64,000 bases of DNA from positions 576,001 through 640,000 of the forward strand of contig OY771555.1 in NCBI GenBank assembly GCA_963674785.1, written 5' to 3'. The translations under genes were made by a program, and so were the position numbers. The notes beneath the pieces are model-generated. The model had not been told where the DNA came from and searched no databases. It worked only from the letters and a program-made list of their open reading frames with translations. Of this stretch, positions 28,528 to 38,766 are shown in pieces. Each line of letters opens with the position of its first letter. The first letter of the stretch is position 1. The DNA is from Caldisericia bacterium (GTDB lineage Bacteria > Caldisericota > Caldisericia > JAAYUI01).

Positions 28528-30672
28528 CTAACTCCTAACAAGTGGGAAGGTCAGATAGAATGTTGCCCCTCCAAGCTCTCCTGGAGATGAGAGCCAGATA
28601 CTTCCCCCGATTGATTCGATATAGTTTTTAGAGAGATAAAGCCCCAATCCAGAACCACTCTCTTTGCTTGAAGCTCTTCCATATTTTGTAAAAATCTTTG
28701 TCTGGTCGCTTCGAGAAACGCCAGGCCCATCATCTGATACCGTAACTCTTACAAATCTTTCATTTAAAGCCTCAGATTTTAAAATCACAAGTCCGTCCTT
28801 ACCAGTGAATTTTGATGCATTTCCTAAAACATTGATCATTATCTGCTCAAGATTAGTTTTGTTTGCCATCACATCGAGTCTTTCATCAGTTAACTCGGTT
28901 CTAAATTCAATTTGAGTATTAAAGAAAATTGGTTTCATAAGGTTGGCAATATCTGATAAAAACTTCGAAATGTCGATATTTGTTTTCTTCGGGTCATCAA
29001 CTCCTGAATTGAGCATGGACGTATACCCGGTCAATTCCTCAATCAATCTATTCATAAGATCGGCAGATTTCTTTATTGAATCGATGGACTCCTTTTTTTC
29101 ATCCTCAGAAAGAATATCCATCTGTAAAAGCTCTGAAAAACCGATTATTGAAGTAAGAGGGGTTCTCAAGTCATGATTCACAGCTTCTAAAATATCCGAT
29201 CTGAATTGATTCAATTTCTCCAATCTCTTTGTTTTATGTTGAAGTTCAATACGGTTTTTCATCTCTCGAAGACCTATCTCAACAACTTTTTTTATATCTG
29301 AAACACTGAGTGCGATATCAGACTTCAGAGACTCAAATTGCAAATAAATCGCGTATAAGTCATGATAATCAAGAATAATTGGAATGATCATATCAGTCTC
29401 AAAATCACCAGATGAACTCGTAACCTTTATCTCATCAGACTCGCATGACTTTGCAAGAAGGTCAAACCGCAGATCATCAAGGTCATCATCTTGATGCTGA
29501 TTTTTGTTTGACCACACAATTTCGGGTTTTCCATCAACAATCTGAGCCAAATAAACATTTTTAGCAAAAAGCCCATGTGCAATATCTCCTGCAACAAGAA
29601 TCAGGGCTGAAAAGACATCAGTTGAGTGAACAAGATAACTCAATATAAGATTATAAAGACTCAAAATACGTTGATCAGATTCAAGTTCTTCGATTGCTTT
29701 TATGTATTCAGTAATCTTGATAGCAAATAAAACAACGGCAGGGGCATTATCAAGAGTGATTGTGTACCCCTGAACAGCAAAATCATCAACTTTAAAGTCT
29801 TTGTCTTTGATCTTGACCTTGTGATCAAACATCAGACCTTTACTTGTAGATACACTGTTTATGAGTTCTGTAATCCAGTTTTGATCATCCTTATCTGGAA
29901 ACACTGCCTCAATGTCGCTCGAAAAGCCAGAACCAAGAGCCAGTTGATTAATATTTGTTGTTGGGTTTGTGTAAACAATTCCATCCTTTGAGATAATAAG
30001 TGAGGACACGAGTTTCTCATCTAAACACTTAAAAATCCCATGACCATCAGGTGAGCTTTCAAACGAGTGGTGTATATCTATTCCTGTTACAAGAAAAAAT
30101 GGACTCCCATCAGCAGAATACTTCGTAACAGTCCACTTAATTGTACTCCCCTCACAAGGGCCAGAAGGAACAAGTGTGGTAAAGCTTTTAAGCTCGAAAA
30201 ACATGTTTTTTATTGAAGAACCTGTGAGTTCGACATTTTTTAGTGTATCAATGAGTCTGTCCCAACCATCTTTTATAAGAAATTCATTATCGGAAGCGTT
30301 AATAAGTCTTCTAAGTTTCTTTGTGCTCATCAGAAAGTCGCCATCATTTGAGGCAAAAAATGCGTACAAATCGACATCTCCAATAACATTACTTAAAAGA
30401 TGAACGTTATCATAAGGAGACGAAAAAATATAAAATGTTTTACCATCGATATCGATCTTTTTTGATAACTTAAGAGGCAAACCAGAGACATCTAGATACG
30501 GTTCAGAATTGGAACCAGCTTTAAGGTTGGAGAAAATATTAACTGCATCACTACCCAAAAGGGAATAACCAAAAAGACCATCCGAATAGTCATTTGAAAA
30601 GAATACTTTTCCATTCTCATCAACACCAATAATCGGTTTATCAATCTGTAGCAACAACTCTTTCCAGTTCAA
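28528..30672 (-). CDS. Sensor histidine kinase with PAS/GAF-like N-terminus
   Basis: H-box HDLRTPLTSI, N-box NVLGNASKF, G1 DDGPG and G2 GSGLGL. Confidence 0.9.
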   Translation of the reverse strand: MNWKELLLQIDKPIIGVDENGKVFFSNDYSDGLFGYSLLGSDAVNIFSNLKAGSNSEPYLDVSGLPLKLSKKIDIDGKTFYIFSSPYDNVHLLSNVIGDVDLYAFFASNDGDFLMSTKKLRRLINASDNEFLIKDGWDRLIDTLKNVELTGSSIKNMFFELKSFTTLVPSGPCEGSTIKWTVTKYSADGSPFFLVTGIDIHHSFESSPDGHGIFKCLDEKLVSSLIISKDGIVYTNPTTNINQLALGSGFSSDIEAVFPDKDDQNWITELINSVSTSKGLMFDHKVKIKDKDFKVDDFAVQGYTITLDNAPAVVLFAIKITEYIKAIEELESDQRILSLYNLILSYLVHSTDVFSALILVAGDIAHGLFAKNVYLAQIVDGKPEIVWSNKNQHQDDDLDDLRFDLLAKSCESDEIKVTSSSGDFETDMIIPIILDYHDLYAIYLQFESLKSDIALSVSDIKKVVEIGLREMKNRIELQHKTKRLEKLNQFRSDILEAVNHDLRTPLTSIIGFSELLQMDILSEDEKKESIDSIKKSADLMNRLIEELTGYTSMLNSGVDDPKKTNIDISKFLSDIANLMKPIFFNTQIEFRTELTDERLDVMANKTNLEQIMINVLGNASKFTGKDGLVILKSEALNERFVRVTVSDDGPGVSRSDQTKIFTKYGRASSKESGSGLGLYLSKNYIESIGGSIWLSSPGELGGATFYLTFPLVRS

Positions 30673-30749
30673 AAATCACCTCGAACACTAAGAATAATGT
30701 GAAATAAACGGGTCTTCAACATATAAAAATGAAATCAACAGTAAGAAAT

Positions 30750-30781
30750 AAAAAAACAGGACACTTATGGTGTCCTGTTTT
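30750..30781 (-). terminator. Intrinsic terminator
   Basis: AAACAGGACAC-TTATG-GTGTCCTGTTT with an A-tract. Confidence 0.8.
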
Positions 30782-30810
30782 GGAGTGTCATATAGATAAA
30801 ACCAAGATAA

Positions 30811-31350
30811 CTACTCTTTTATCTCTGCAGAATTTAATATCTCCTGAACCTGCTCCATATATGCCATCATCGTCTTTGAACTTCCAACGATACTGATATG
30901 AAGCAATGTATCATCAGAAATCATGACCCTTAGGAGTCCCATAGCCACACCTTCATAATCAGAATGTCTTCCTGAAACAGAAACTCTTCTGTCATGAACA
31001 CCAAATTGGAGATTGTCATCTTTTGTGCTGTTTGTAATCTTTTCAAACTCATCCTGAAATGCAGTTTGTGCAGCTTCAAAATAATCATCCAAATCCTGTT
31101 CTAAGGCAAAAGGATGAAATCCGGAAACCATGACATCAACTCTTCCATTTTCGTCTTCAAGCTCAAGGGTTAAAAACTCGGAATCAGATGAGATAACGGA
31201 AAAAACGTCGGAGTCATAGGATAATTTGAAACCTTCATTATCCCATAATGTTGACATATCACCACAAGAAACAAATGTGAAGCCGACAATGATAAGAAAT
31301 AATAAACCCCACACCAAAAAGTGTGGGGTTTTATTTGAATACCTAAACAT
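30811..31350 (-). CDS. Lipoprotein, PsbP/DcrB-like
   Basis: Lipobox FVSC; the fold is guessed from the pattern. Confidence 0.55.
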   Translation of the reverse strand: MFRYSNKTPHFLVWGLLFLIIVGFTFVSCGDMSTLWDNEGFKLSYDSDVFSVISSDSEFLTLELEDENGRVDVMVSGFHPFALEQDLDDYFEAAQTAFQDEFEKITNSTKDDNLQFGVHDRRVSVSGRHSDYEGVAMGLLRVMISDDTLLHISIVGSSKTMMAYMEQVQEILNSAEIKE

Positions 31351-31364
31351 AATTACTCAAACAA

Positions 31365-32099
31365 TTATGACATTGGCTGGGTTACCATGACTTCCTGGAA
31401 CATATAGTCAAGGTTTCCGTTTTCCCAAGCATCATTGAATACTTCTTCTTCGGCCTCTGCTGAAAGACAGATTCCGAATCCTGGTCCAAATTCTGTTTCG
31501 CTGATTCTGTTTCCGCGGATTGCATAGAACATCTTGCGTCCCATCATGCCATCTTTTTTATATGTCACCCAGAAACCTGTTGCCATTGATTCAGTATGTT
31601 TGAATTTACCTGTTTCAATAACTTCACCATCGACATAATCAGTAAGTTTATCTTCAAAGTAGTCAATATCATTCCATCCAAGTCCTTCAATCTCTTCATA
31701 TTTAACAACAAACTGAAGTTCTGGATTTTTTTCATACTCGAAAGTCTGAACGATTTCTGCATCCCAAGTCTCTTGAGTTCTTGGAACTTCTTTCCAACCC
31801 TCAAACATATTTCCAGTTACGTCGAGACCTTTGACCTCATAACATGTCCAGAACATTCTTGGGTGTGGTGGAACCTTAAGTTCGCCAACAAGTTCTTTTT
31901 CTTTAACAGGAGTAAGTGTGTTTTCTCTGTCACCAGGATCATTTGTTACAACAATACCCTCATTTGGATTCTTTTCTCCCCAGTCAACAACGGGCTGCCC
32001 ATTATTGTTATTATTCCCGTTATCATCACCGCCGCCTCCACAAGAAACAAGTGAGACAGAAAGTGCAATTAAAAGTATAAATACTAATGCTTTTCTCAT
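31365..32099 (-). CDS. Lipoprotein of unknown function
   Basis: Lipobox LVSC followed by a G/N-rich linker; start ATG 32099 (RBS AGGAG). Confidence 0.6.
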   Translation of the reverse strand: MRKALVFILLIALSVSLVSCGGGGDDNGNNNNNGQPVVDWGEKNPNEGIVVTNDPGDRENTLTPVKEKELVGELKVPPHPRMFWTCYEVKGLDVTGNMFEGWKEVPRTQETWDAEIVQTFEYEKNPELQFVVKYEEIEGLGWNDIDYFEDKLTDYVDGEVIETGKFKHTESMATGFWVTYKKDGMMGRKMFYAIRGNRISETEFGPGFGICLSAEAEEEVFNDAWENGNLDYMFQEVMVTQPMS

Positions 32100-32166
32100 G
32101 CTTTCTCCTTTCAAGAAATCGCTAGTCAATCACTAATTATAAGATGTTTGATAGTGTTGTCAAACA

Positions 32167-32700
32167 CTAATCTTCCCATCCATTTTTTGGTGCAAGCAAA
32201 AAACTATCCATCATTTCTTTAACTTGGTCACCAAGGATGAAATCGTTTTCAGGATATGTTCCTGTCACAAAAATGGCTTTGATATTTCTTGCGTAAAGGT
32301 GTTGGATCACGGTAAATGCCTGACCATTATATTCAGCTGAAAATACAAGCTCATATCTCTGTTCTCTCTGTGCCTGTGGGACAAACTGATACTTATCAGA
32401 AATTAGAGTATATCCAAGTTCATCAACAGCTTTCTGGGCATAATCAGTTGTAACTTCATCAATTCTTCCCCATGTAATTTTTGCATCGGTCTGAGATTGA
32501 ATCTTTAAGTTTGCGGAGGTACCAGTTTCCTCTGGTGAAATAAAGACCTCATAATTAGCAGCATCACCAGTTGTCACACGTTTCCAACCATTGAGGATAC
32601 CGATTTTGTAGTCGTCACCTTTTACAGTTGTTGCAAATGGGCTTCCACAAGATGACAAAAAGATGACTGTTATAAGGAAAAAAGGAAAGAGCTTTTTCAT
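32167..32700 (-). CDS. Lipoprotein, PsbP/DcrB-like
   Basis: Lipobox LSSC; RBS AGGAGG. Confidence 0.6.
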   Translation of the reverse strand: MKKLFPFFLITVIFLSSCGSPFATTVKGDDYKIGILNGWKRVTTGDAANYEVFISPEETGTSANLKIQSQTDAKITWGRIDEVTTDYAQKAVDELGYTLISDKYQFVPQAQREQRYELVFSAEYNGQAFTVIQHLYARNIKAIFVTGTYPENDFILGDQVKEMMDSFLLAPKNGWED

Positions 32701-32730
32701 ATGTCCTCCTCTTAAAAGTGAGATAAAACC

Positions 32731-32817
32731 TGGCAGAAGGTGGGGGATTCGAACCCCCGTGAGCTTTCACCCTCTGCATTTCAAGTGCAGCGCCATAGAC
32801 CACTCGGCCAACCTTCT
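32731..32817 (-). tRNA. tRNA-Ser (TGA)
   Basis: Acceptor AGAAGGT/ACCTTCT-G-CCA, anticodon arm CTGCA-CTTGAAA-TGCAG, long variable arm and GGTTCGAATCC T-arm. Confidence 0.95.
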
Positions 32818-32876
32818 GGAAAACATCTTATCCAACATTTCCTTGAGTTTCAAGAAATAAATTAATAATAGCGGAC

Positions 32877-34745
32877 ATGAAGGATTTTGATGTAATAATT
32901 GTAGGCGCAGGGCATGCTGGACTTGAAGCAGCGATGGCTTCAAACAGAGCCGGTGCAAGAACTTTGGTTATAACGATTAACACTGATGACATTGCTCATA
33001 TGCCATGTAACCCAGCAATGGGCGGAATGGGCAAATCTCAGGTTATCTCAGAAATACACGCCTTGGGCGGAGTAACGGGTAAAATTTCCGAAGAAACCGC
33101 GACAAGCATAAGGCTTCTAGCAACCTCAAAAGGAAAAGCTGTCCAATCATCAAGAGTTCAGGTTGACAGACACATGTACACTTTGGTTGCAGGTAACAGA
33201 CTTGAGCAGGGTAAAAACATCACAGTTTTGCAAGGCAAGGTTATTAAGCTAACAACTACAAACGATAGTAAAGAAGTTACCGGAGTAATTCTTGAAGATG
33301 GAAGAGAGTTTAAAAGCAAAGCTGTTGTTTTGACATGTGGTACATATCTGAGAGGTAGAGTTCATCTCTCAGAAATCAGTCGGGATGGTGGAAAATGGAG
33401 TGCTGTAGCGGTTGACTCACTTTCTCCACAACTATCTGAACTTGGGCTTAAGGTTGAAAGATTCAATACAGGAACTACACCAAGAGTTGATAGAAGAAGT
33501 CTGGATTATTCAGAGCTTCGAAGACAAGATGGTGATACATTCCCACTTGCTATGGTCTCTGAGCCATACGTATTCAAAAATCAGATTCCAAGCTGGGAAG
33601 GAAGAACAAATCAGCAGACTCAAGATGTCATTAAAAAATACATGCACCTTGCACCATCTGCTCAGGGAAGAATGGTCAAAGTGGGACCTCGAACATGTCC
33701 ATCACTTGAAGAGAAAGTGAAGTGGTTTCCAGACAGAGTAAGTCATACATTCTTCATCGAACCAGAATCCAGATACAGAAACGAAATGTACCTTCAGGGA
33801 TTATATATGAGCATCCCACCCGAGCTTCAACTTGAGGTTTTAAAAACTCTTCCAGGCATGAAAAACGTCATCATGATCAAACCAGGATATGTTATTGATT
33901 ATGATTATGTTGACCCACTTGAACTTGAGATAACTCTTGAGACAAAAAAAATCAAAAACCTTTTCCTCGCAGGACAGATAATCGGAACAACCGGATATGA
34001 TGAGGCAGCTGCAATGGGGTTGATCGCGGGAGCAAATGCTGCACTTTCAGCAACAGGAAACGACCCACTTGAACTAAAAAGAACAGATGGTTATCTGGGT
34101 GTAATGGTTGATGACCTTACACACAAAGGAGTAACCGAACCATACAGAATCACACCATCTCATGTAGATACAAGACTTTCAAATCGCGGTGACAATGCCA
34201 TTTTCAGGCTTGGTCCAATTGCCAGAAAACTTGGACTTCTGTCAAAAGAACGAAGTGAAGAATTCCTTCAAATAGAAAAAGATAGAGAAGAGTTTTACAA
34301 GATCATTGAACAGTATCGATACACCCCAAGTAAGAGTACAAATGAGTTTTTGACCTCAATTGGAATTGGAGTTCTTGACGTACCAACAACACTTGAACAA
34401 TTGATCAGAAGGCCAGAAATGACAATGACGCACATGCACATTCTGGCGCCTGAAATCAAAAATCTTTCTTTCCGAGCAACTCATAGTGCAATGATCGATG
34501 TCTCATATGATTCATATTTAAAAAGAGAAGCTACTATAGTCAGAAACATCAACCGTTGGGAGAATCTCAAACTTCCAGAGGATTTGGATTACAAAAATAT
34601 CGATACACTTTCTACGCTCGCAAGGGAAAGATTAACTGCAGTTCGACCAAAAACTTTGGGTTCAGCGATGAGAGTTGATGGCGTAAAATTCTCTGATATT
34701 GAGGCTTTGACACAATATGTTTCACGTGAAACATCCAAGCAATAA
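32877..34745 (+). CDS. mnmG: tRNA uridine-5-carboxymethylaminomethyl synthesis enzyme MnmG/GidA (divergent)
   Basis: VIIVGAGHAG.EAA, CNPA.GG.GK, TGT.PR, GPR.CPS.E.K, LFLAGQI.GT.GY.EAA and EPYR motifs. Confidence 0.93.
   Translation: MKDFDVIIVGAGHAGLEAAMASNRAGARTLVITINTDDIAHMPCNPAMGGMGKSQVISEIHALGGVTGKISEETATSIRLLATSKGKAVQSSRVQVDRHMYTLVAGNRLEQGKNITVLQGKVIKLTTTNDSKEVTGVILEDGREFKSKAVVLTCGTYLRGRVHLSEISRDGGKWSAVAVDSLSPQLSELGLKVERFNTGTTPRVDRRSLDYSELRRQDGDTFPLAMVSEPYVFKNQIPSWEGRTNQQTQDVIKKYMHLAPSAQGRMVKVGPRTCPSLEEKVKWFPDRVSHTFFIEPESRYRNEMYLQGLYMSIPPELQLEVLKTLPGMKNVIMIKPGYVIDYDYVDPLELEITLETKKIKNLFLAGQIIGTTGYDEAAAMGLIAGANAALSATGNDPLELKRTDGYLGVMVDDLTHKGVTEPYRITPSHVDTRLSNRGDNAIFRLGPIARKLGLLSKERSEEFLQIEKDREEFYKIIEQYRYTPSKSTNEFLTSIGIGVLDVPTTLEQLIRRPEMTMTHMHILAPEIKNLSFRATHSAMIDVSYDSYLKREATIVRNINRWENLKLPEDLDYKNIDTLSTLARERLTAVRPKTLGSAMRVDGVKFSDIEALTQYVSRETSKQ
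34718..34733. promoter_or_regulatory. parS centromere site
   Basis: Perfect palindrome TGTTTCACGTGAAACA inside the 3' end of mnmG. Confidence 0.9.
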
Positions 34746-34822
34746 CTCAGAACTAAAACTTACAAAATAATTGATTCTTAAGCAATATTGGCTATGATTC
34801 TTTATCATCTAGGAGGTGAATC

Positions 34823-35236
34823 TTGTCAATAGGAATTGATGAACTTAAGTCAGCGGTAAACTTAATGGAAGAGGCAATTGCAAGCTCTGCAGATAAGATT
34901 CCAAATCGTCCAAATATCGATCCAATTCCAAGAGTTTTGCGAGCAGGTGTTATAAAGATATTTGAAAACACTTTTGACATGGCATCTACATTCATTACCG
35001 AATGGCTGAAAGAAAACACTCTTGTAAATGAGTTCAGATTGCTCACATCAAAAGATATTTTTTACTTTGCAGATCAGTCGAATCTCATCAGTCATCCCAA
35101 TTATTGGAACAAATTTTTTGAGTATAGAAAAATCAGCTCGAAATCATTCAATCAAAATAATGCGGCACAGATTTATAAAATCGCTTTGGAGTTTTTTCCT
35201 GAAGTGAAAAGTATGCTCTCAAAGGTGCAATCATAG
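34823..35236 (+). CDS. HEPN (nucleotidyltransferase substrate-binding, HI0074-like) paralog with degenerate active site
   Basis: LRAGVIK.FE.TF motif; RKISSKSF in place of RxxxxHxY. Confidence 0.75.
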   Translation: MSIGIDELKSAVNLMEEAIASSADKIPNRPNIDPIPRVLRAGVIKIFENTFDMASTFITEWLKENTLVNEFRLLTSKDIFYFADQSNLISHPNYWNKFFEYRKISSKSFNQNNAAQIYKIALEFFPEVKSMLSKVQS

Positions 35237-35281
35237 ATTGAATAATTTTGCCGAAAAACTAGAATAGTATTGAGGTGAAAA

Positions 35282-35701
35282 ATGGGTCTAAGCCTATCAA
35301 AAATTGAAGATGCGATATTATCACTCAAAGAGATAATTGACTATTCAAAAGATAAGATCAACGAGAGGGATTTGGACATACTGGGGAAAGGACTTCGATC
35401 AGCGGTTATCCACAGTTTTGAATACACATATGAACGTACAATTCTGACCCTAAGAAGATGGTTAGACGAAAACTACTTTAGAGGGAAAAGTGCCGGTACA
35501 TCAAAAATGGAAATACTTAAGCTGTCACTAAGGGAAGAACTGATAGACGACTTAGAGGCTTGGGTTGAATTTGGAAAAGCTAGAAACCTCTCATCTCACA
35601 CATACAATGAGAATAATGCATCCTACGTTTACAATGTCGCGTTAACATTTCTTCCACGTGCAACATACACACTCGGAAAATTGAAAGAGTCAAATGATTA
35701 A
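35282..35701 (+). CDS. HEPN toxin (HI0074-like)
   Basis: R.AVIHSFEYTYE motif and intact RNLSSHTY. Confidence 0.85.
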   Translation: MGLSLSKIEDAILSLKEIIDYSKDKINERDLDILGKGLRSAVIHSFEYTYERTILTLRRWLDENYFRGKSAGTSKMEILKLSLREELIDDLEAWVEFGKARNLSSHTYNENNASYVYNVALTFLPRATYTLGKLKESND

Positions 35702-35987
35702 TCTTCAAAACAAATATTTGCTAGAAATAGAAAAAACAATCAGGAAACATTTTCCAAGATGTAGAATATTGGTTTTTGGATCAAGGTTATCAAAAATTCA
35801 TAAAAAATATTCAGATATTGACATATCGATAGATTGTGCGAAAAAAATAGATACATCAAAACTGCTTGATCTAAAAGATGAACTTATGGAATCAATGATT
35901 CCGATCATCGTCGACATATGCGATTTCAACTCAGTCTCAGAAGAGTTCAGAAAAATAATTCTAGAAAATTACGAAATCCTCGACTAA
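35694..35987 (+). CDS. Minimal nucleotidyltransferase (MNT) antitoxin
   Basis: FGSR...YSDID (GSx10DxD) motif; overlaps the HEPN gene. Confidence 0.88.
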   Translation: MINLQNKYLLEIEKTIRKHFPRCRILVFGSRLSKIHKKYSDIDISIDCAKKIDTSKLLDLKDELMESMIPIIVDICDFNSVSEEFRKIILENYEILD

Positions 35988-36171
35988 AATTAAACATATA
36001 TAGCAATCAAATCATACATATATTTTTGTCAATAGCAAAATAATGCTGAACAGCAAAGGGTCTTTAAAACACAGATTTTTCAATCGAAAAAAACAAGCTA
36101 ACTTTTAAAGGGTCTTGAATCTACCAAACTCTTTTTTAAAATCTGACGTGATCCAAATTGAGGTGGTGGGT

Positions 36172-37206
36172 ATGAAGCAATTCGTATTTCAGAAATCAAG
36201 GGTGAAGGAACTCCTTTCAAACTTGATATCCAATTATCCAAATGTTTATGCGCCCGTTGCGCGTGGTAACAGCCATGTTTTCGACAGGATAACTGATCCG
36301 GCAAAAGCTGAATTCAACTATGTCAGATCGATTCTTCCTCCAAAAAAATACCTGATGCCACAGCATGAGAGTCTTGTTTCCTTCAAGCTTGGGGAGAACA
36401 CTGAATTCTCCGAAGTTATTGAAGCCCCAAAACAGGTTATCGTGGGTGTAAGACCGAGTGACGTCAGAGCAATCAAATTGCTCGACGACGTGATGATTTC
36501 GAATAATTGCGACAAAAACTACAAAGCACGTCGCGATAACACAATCATCATCGGTATCGACGGTATTCCTGATGAATACAGCTATGAAGACTCCGTGATG
36601 GATCTTCATGTCACGGAAGGGTTTGACCTTTTTCTGACAGACCTTGGAAATGTTGTTCTTGTTGATGTAGCAACGGATGAGGGAATGAACATTCTCAAAT
36701 CAATTGAACACGAAGAAGCAACAAGTGAACACATTGCAATGAGAGTACAGACCATCAAGTCCCAAAAAGAGATGTTCAAAGCAAAATTTGACATCCCAGT
36801 AAAATTGATTCCACTCACACTTGAGGGAAAATGGGATCATCCAGTTTGGGAAAAAATGGGCAAAAAATGTCTCTCATGTGGACAGTGTATTCTTGTCTGC
36901 CCAACATGTTACTGCTTCAACGTTACAGATGACATGGCTCTTTCAATGAAGGAAGGCACAAGAACCCGTCATTGGGACGGTTGTCAGCTTTCAGAATTCA
37001 CAATGGTAGGTCATGGTGAAAACTTCAGAGACGACGCAGGCGCGAGAGTAAGACATCGTTTCTACAGAAAATTCAAATATCACATCGACTCATTCTCAGA
37101 GATATTCTGCACAGGTTGTGGTCGTTGCTGGCAGACATGTCCAGCAGACATCAATCTTGTAGAGATTGCAAACATACTAGCAAACGAGGAGGTGGAGTGT
37201 GCCTAA
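36172..37206 (+). CDS. hydB: Group 3b [NiFe] sulfhydrogenase beta (Fe-S) subunit
   Basis: CLSCGQC..VCPTCYCF, R.WDGC and CTGCGRC...CP motifs. Confidence 0.88.
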   Translation: MKQFVFQKSRVKELLSNLISNYPNVYAPVARGNSHVFDRITDPAKAEFNYVRSILPPKKYLMPQHESLVSFKLGENTEFSEVIEAPKQVIVGVRPSDVRAIKLLDDVMISNNCDKNYKARRDNTIIIGIDGIPDEYSYEDSVMDLHVTEGFDLFLTDLGNVVLVDVATDEGMNILKSIEHEEATSEHIAMRVQTIKSQKEMFKAKFDIPVKLIPLTLEGKWDHPVWEKMGKKCLSCGQCILVCPTCYCFNVTDDMALSMKEGTRTRHWDGCQLSEFTMVGHGENFRDDAGARVRHRFYRKFKYHIDSFSEIFCTGCGRCWQTCPADINLVEIANILANEEVECA

Positions 37207-38026
37207 TATTACAGAAAACTCCTACGTCCCTTTAATTTCCAAAATTAAGGATGTACAAACACTTACACCAACAGAGAAAATCTTCGAAATTGAACTTCCA
37301 GATGGAAAGAAACTAAACCATGACCCAGGTCAGTTTGTTCAGCTTCTCATCCCTGGAATCGGTGAAGCACCAATCTCAATCTGCTCATCACCAACTGACA
37401 AAAACTTTTTCCTAACGATCAGAAAAGTTGGAGATGTCACAACAGCAGTCCACAACATGAAAGCTGGAGATATTGTTGGAATCCGTGGTTCATTTGGATG
37501 GGGATTCCCTGTTGAAAAGATGAAAGGACAAAACGTTCTTATCGTCGCCGGTGGAATCGGACTTGCTCCACTTCGTTCAGTTATAAGATATATTCTTGCA
37601 AACCGTGATGATTACAAGGATTTCACAATCCTCCACGGTGCAAGAACACCAACTGATAGGCTCTTCAAAGAGGAACTTGACTCCTGGATGAACAACCCAA
37701 GAATCAATCTTCTTGAAACTGTTGACCATGGAGACGACAGCTGGAAGGGCAACACAGGCGTTATCACAACACTGTTCAAACACATCACTGTTGACCCAGA
37801 AAACACATATGCACTCGTTTGTGGCCCTCCTGTAATGTATAAGTTTGTCATTCTTGAATGTCAGGGAAAAGGTATCCCAGACGGAAAAATCCTTGTCTCA
37901 CTTGAAAGACATATGAAATGTGGTCTCGGAAAATGTGGACACTGCCAGATCAATGGGTTATACACCTGCCAGCAGGGTCCAGTATTCTCCTACACTCAGG
38001 TCAAAAACCTTGAGGAGGCATTATGA
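37199..38026 (+). CDS. hydG: Sulfhydrogenase gamma subunit (FAD/NAD(P)-binding, 2Fe-2S)
   Basis: PGQF, GEAPISI, AGGIGLAPLRS, CGPP.MY and MKCG.GKCGHC motifs. Confidence 0.9.
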   Translation: MPNITENSYVPLISKIKDVQTLTPTEKIFEIELPDGKKLNHDPGQFVQLLIPGIGEAPISICSSPTDKNFFLTIRKVGDVTTAVHNMKAGDIVGIRGSFGWGFPVEKMKGQNVLIVAGGIGLAPLRSVIRYILANRDDYKDFTILHGARTPTDRLFKEELDSWMNNPRINLLETVDHGDDSWKGNTGVITTLFKHITVDPENTYALVCGPPVMYKFVILECQGKGIPDGKILVSLERHMKCGLGKCGHCQINGLYTCQQGPVFSYTQVKNLEEAL

Positions 38027-38766
38027 GCAAACCACGCATAGCATTTTTTGACTTTGCATCCTGTGAAGGTTGCCAACTCGAAGCAATCAACTTTGTCGAT
38101 GAGTTCCTTGCACTTCTTGGTCATGTCGACATTGTACAGTTCAGAGAAGCAATGACTGAGGCAGAATGGGACATCGATGTAGCTTTTGTTGAAGGTTCAA
38201 TCACGAGAGAACAGGACATCGCAAGACTCGAAAAGATAAGAGAAAACTCAAAGGTTGTCATCGCTCTTGGTGCGTGTGCATGTACCGGTGGTGTCAACGC
38301 AATCAAAAACACTCGTCCACTTGAAGATGTCAGAACCGATGTCTACGGAGACAAAAAAGATTGGTATCCAACTTTCCCAACTCGTCCAATCGACCAGGTT
38401 GTAAAAGTTGATGGGTACATCTACGGTTGCCCAATCGACAGAAACGACTTCCTAAAAAATGTACAGCTCATTCTCCAGGGCAAAAAAACACTCAGCCACA
38501 ATGACCCCGTCTGTGTTGAGTGCAGACTCAAAGAGAATGAATGTCTTTTATCAAAAGGAATCCCATGTGTCGGCCCAATCACAAGAGGTGGCTGCGGAGC
38601 AATCGACCCAACATACGGCTCAAGCTGCACAGGTTGCCGTGGTTTTGTTGATGAACCCAACAAAAACGGTGCAATGGATGTCCTTGAGAAACACGGTCTG
38701 ACAGTTGATGACATCAAGTCATACATGACTATTTTCAACTCCTTCAAACCGGAGGATATAAAATGA
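38023..38766 (+). CDS. hydD: Sulfhydrogenase delta (small) subunit
   Basis: SCEGC, VEGS, GACA..GG and GCP motifs with a Cys-rich C-terminus. Confidence 0.9.
   Translation: MSKPRIAFFDFASCEGCQLEAINFVDEFLALLGHVDIVQFREAMTEAEWDIDVAFVEGSITREQDIARLEKIRENSKVVIALGACACTGGVNAIKNTRPLEDVRTDVYGDKKDWYPTFPTRPIDQVVKVDGYIYGCPIDRNDFLKNVQLILQGKKTLSHNDPVCVECRLKENECLLSKGIPCVGPITRGGCGAIDPTYGSSCTGCRGFVDEPNKNGAMDVLEKHGLTVDDIKSYMTIFNSFKPEDIK

Noticed and set aside
30811-32817. Genomic island integrated at tRNA-Ser
   Set aside because: No integrase and no duplicated tRNA 3' end was noticed; the downstream lipoproteins resemble others in the window.
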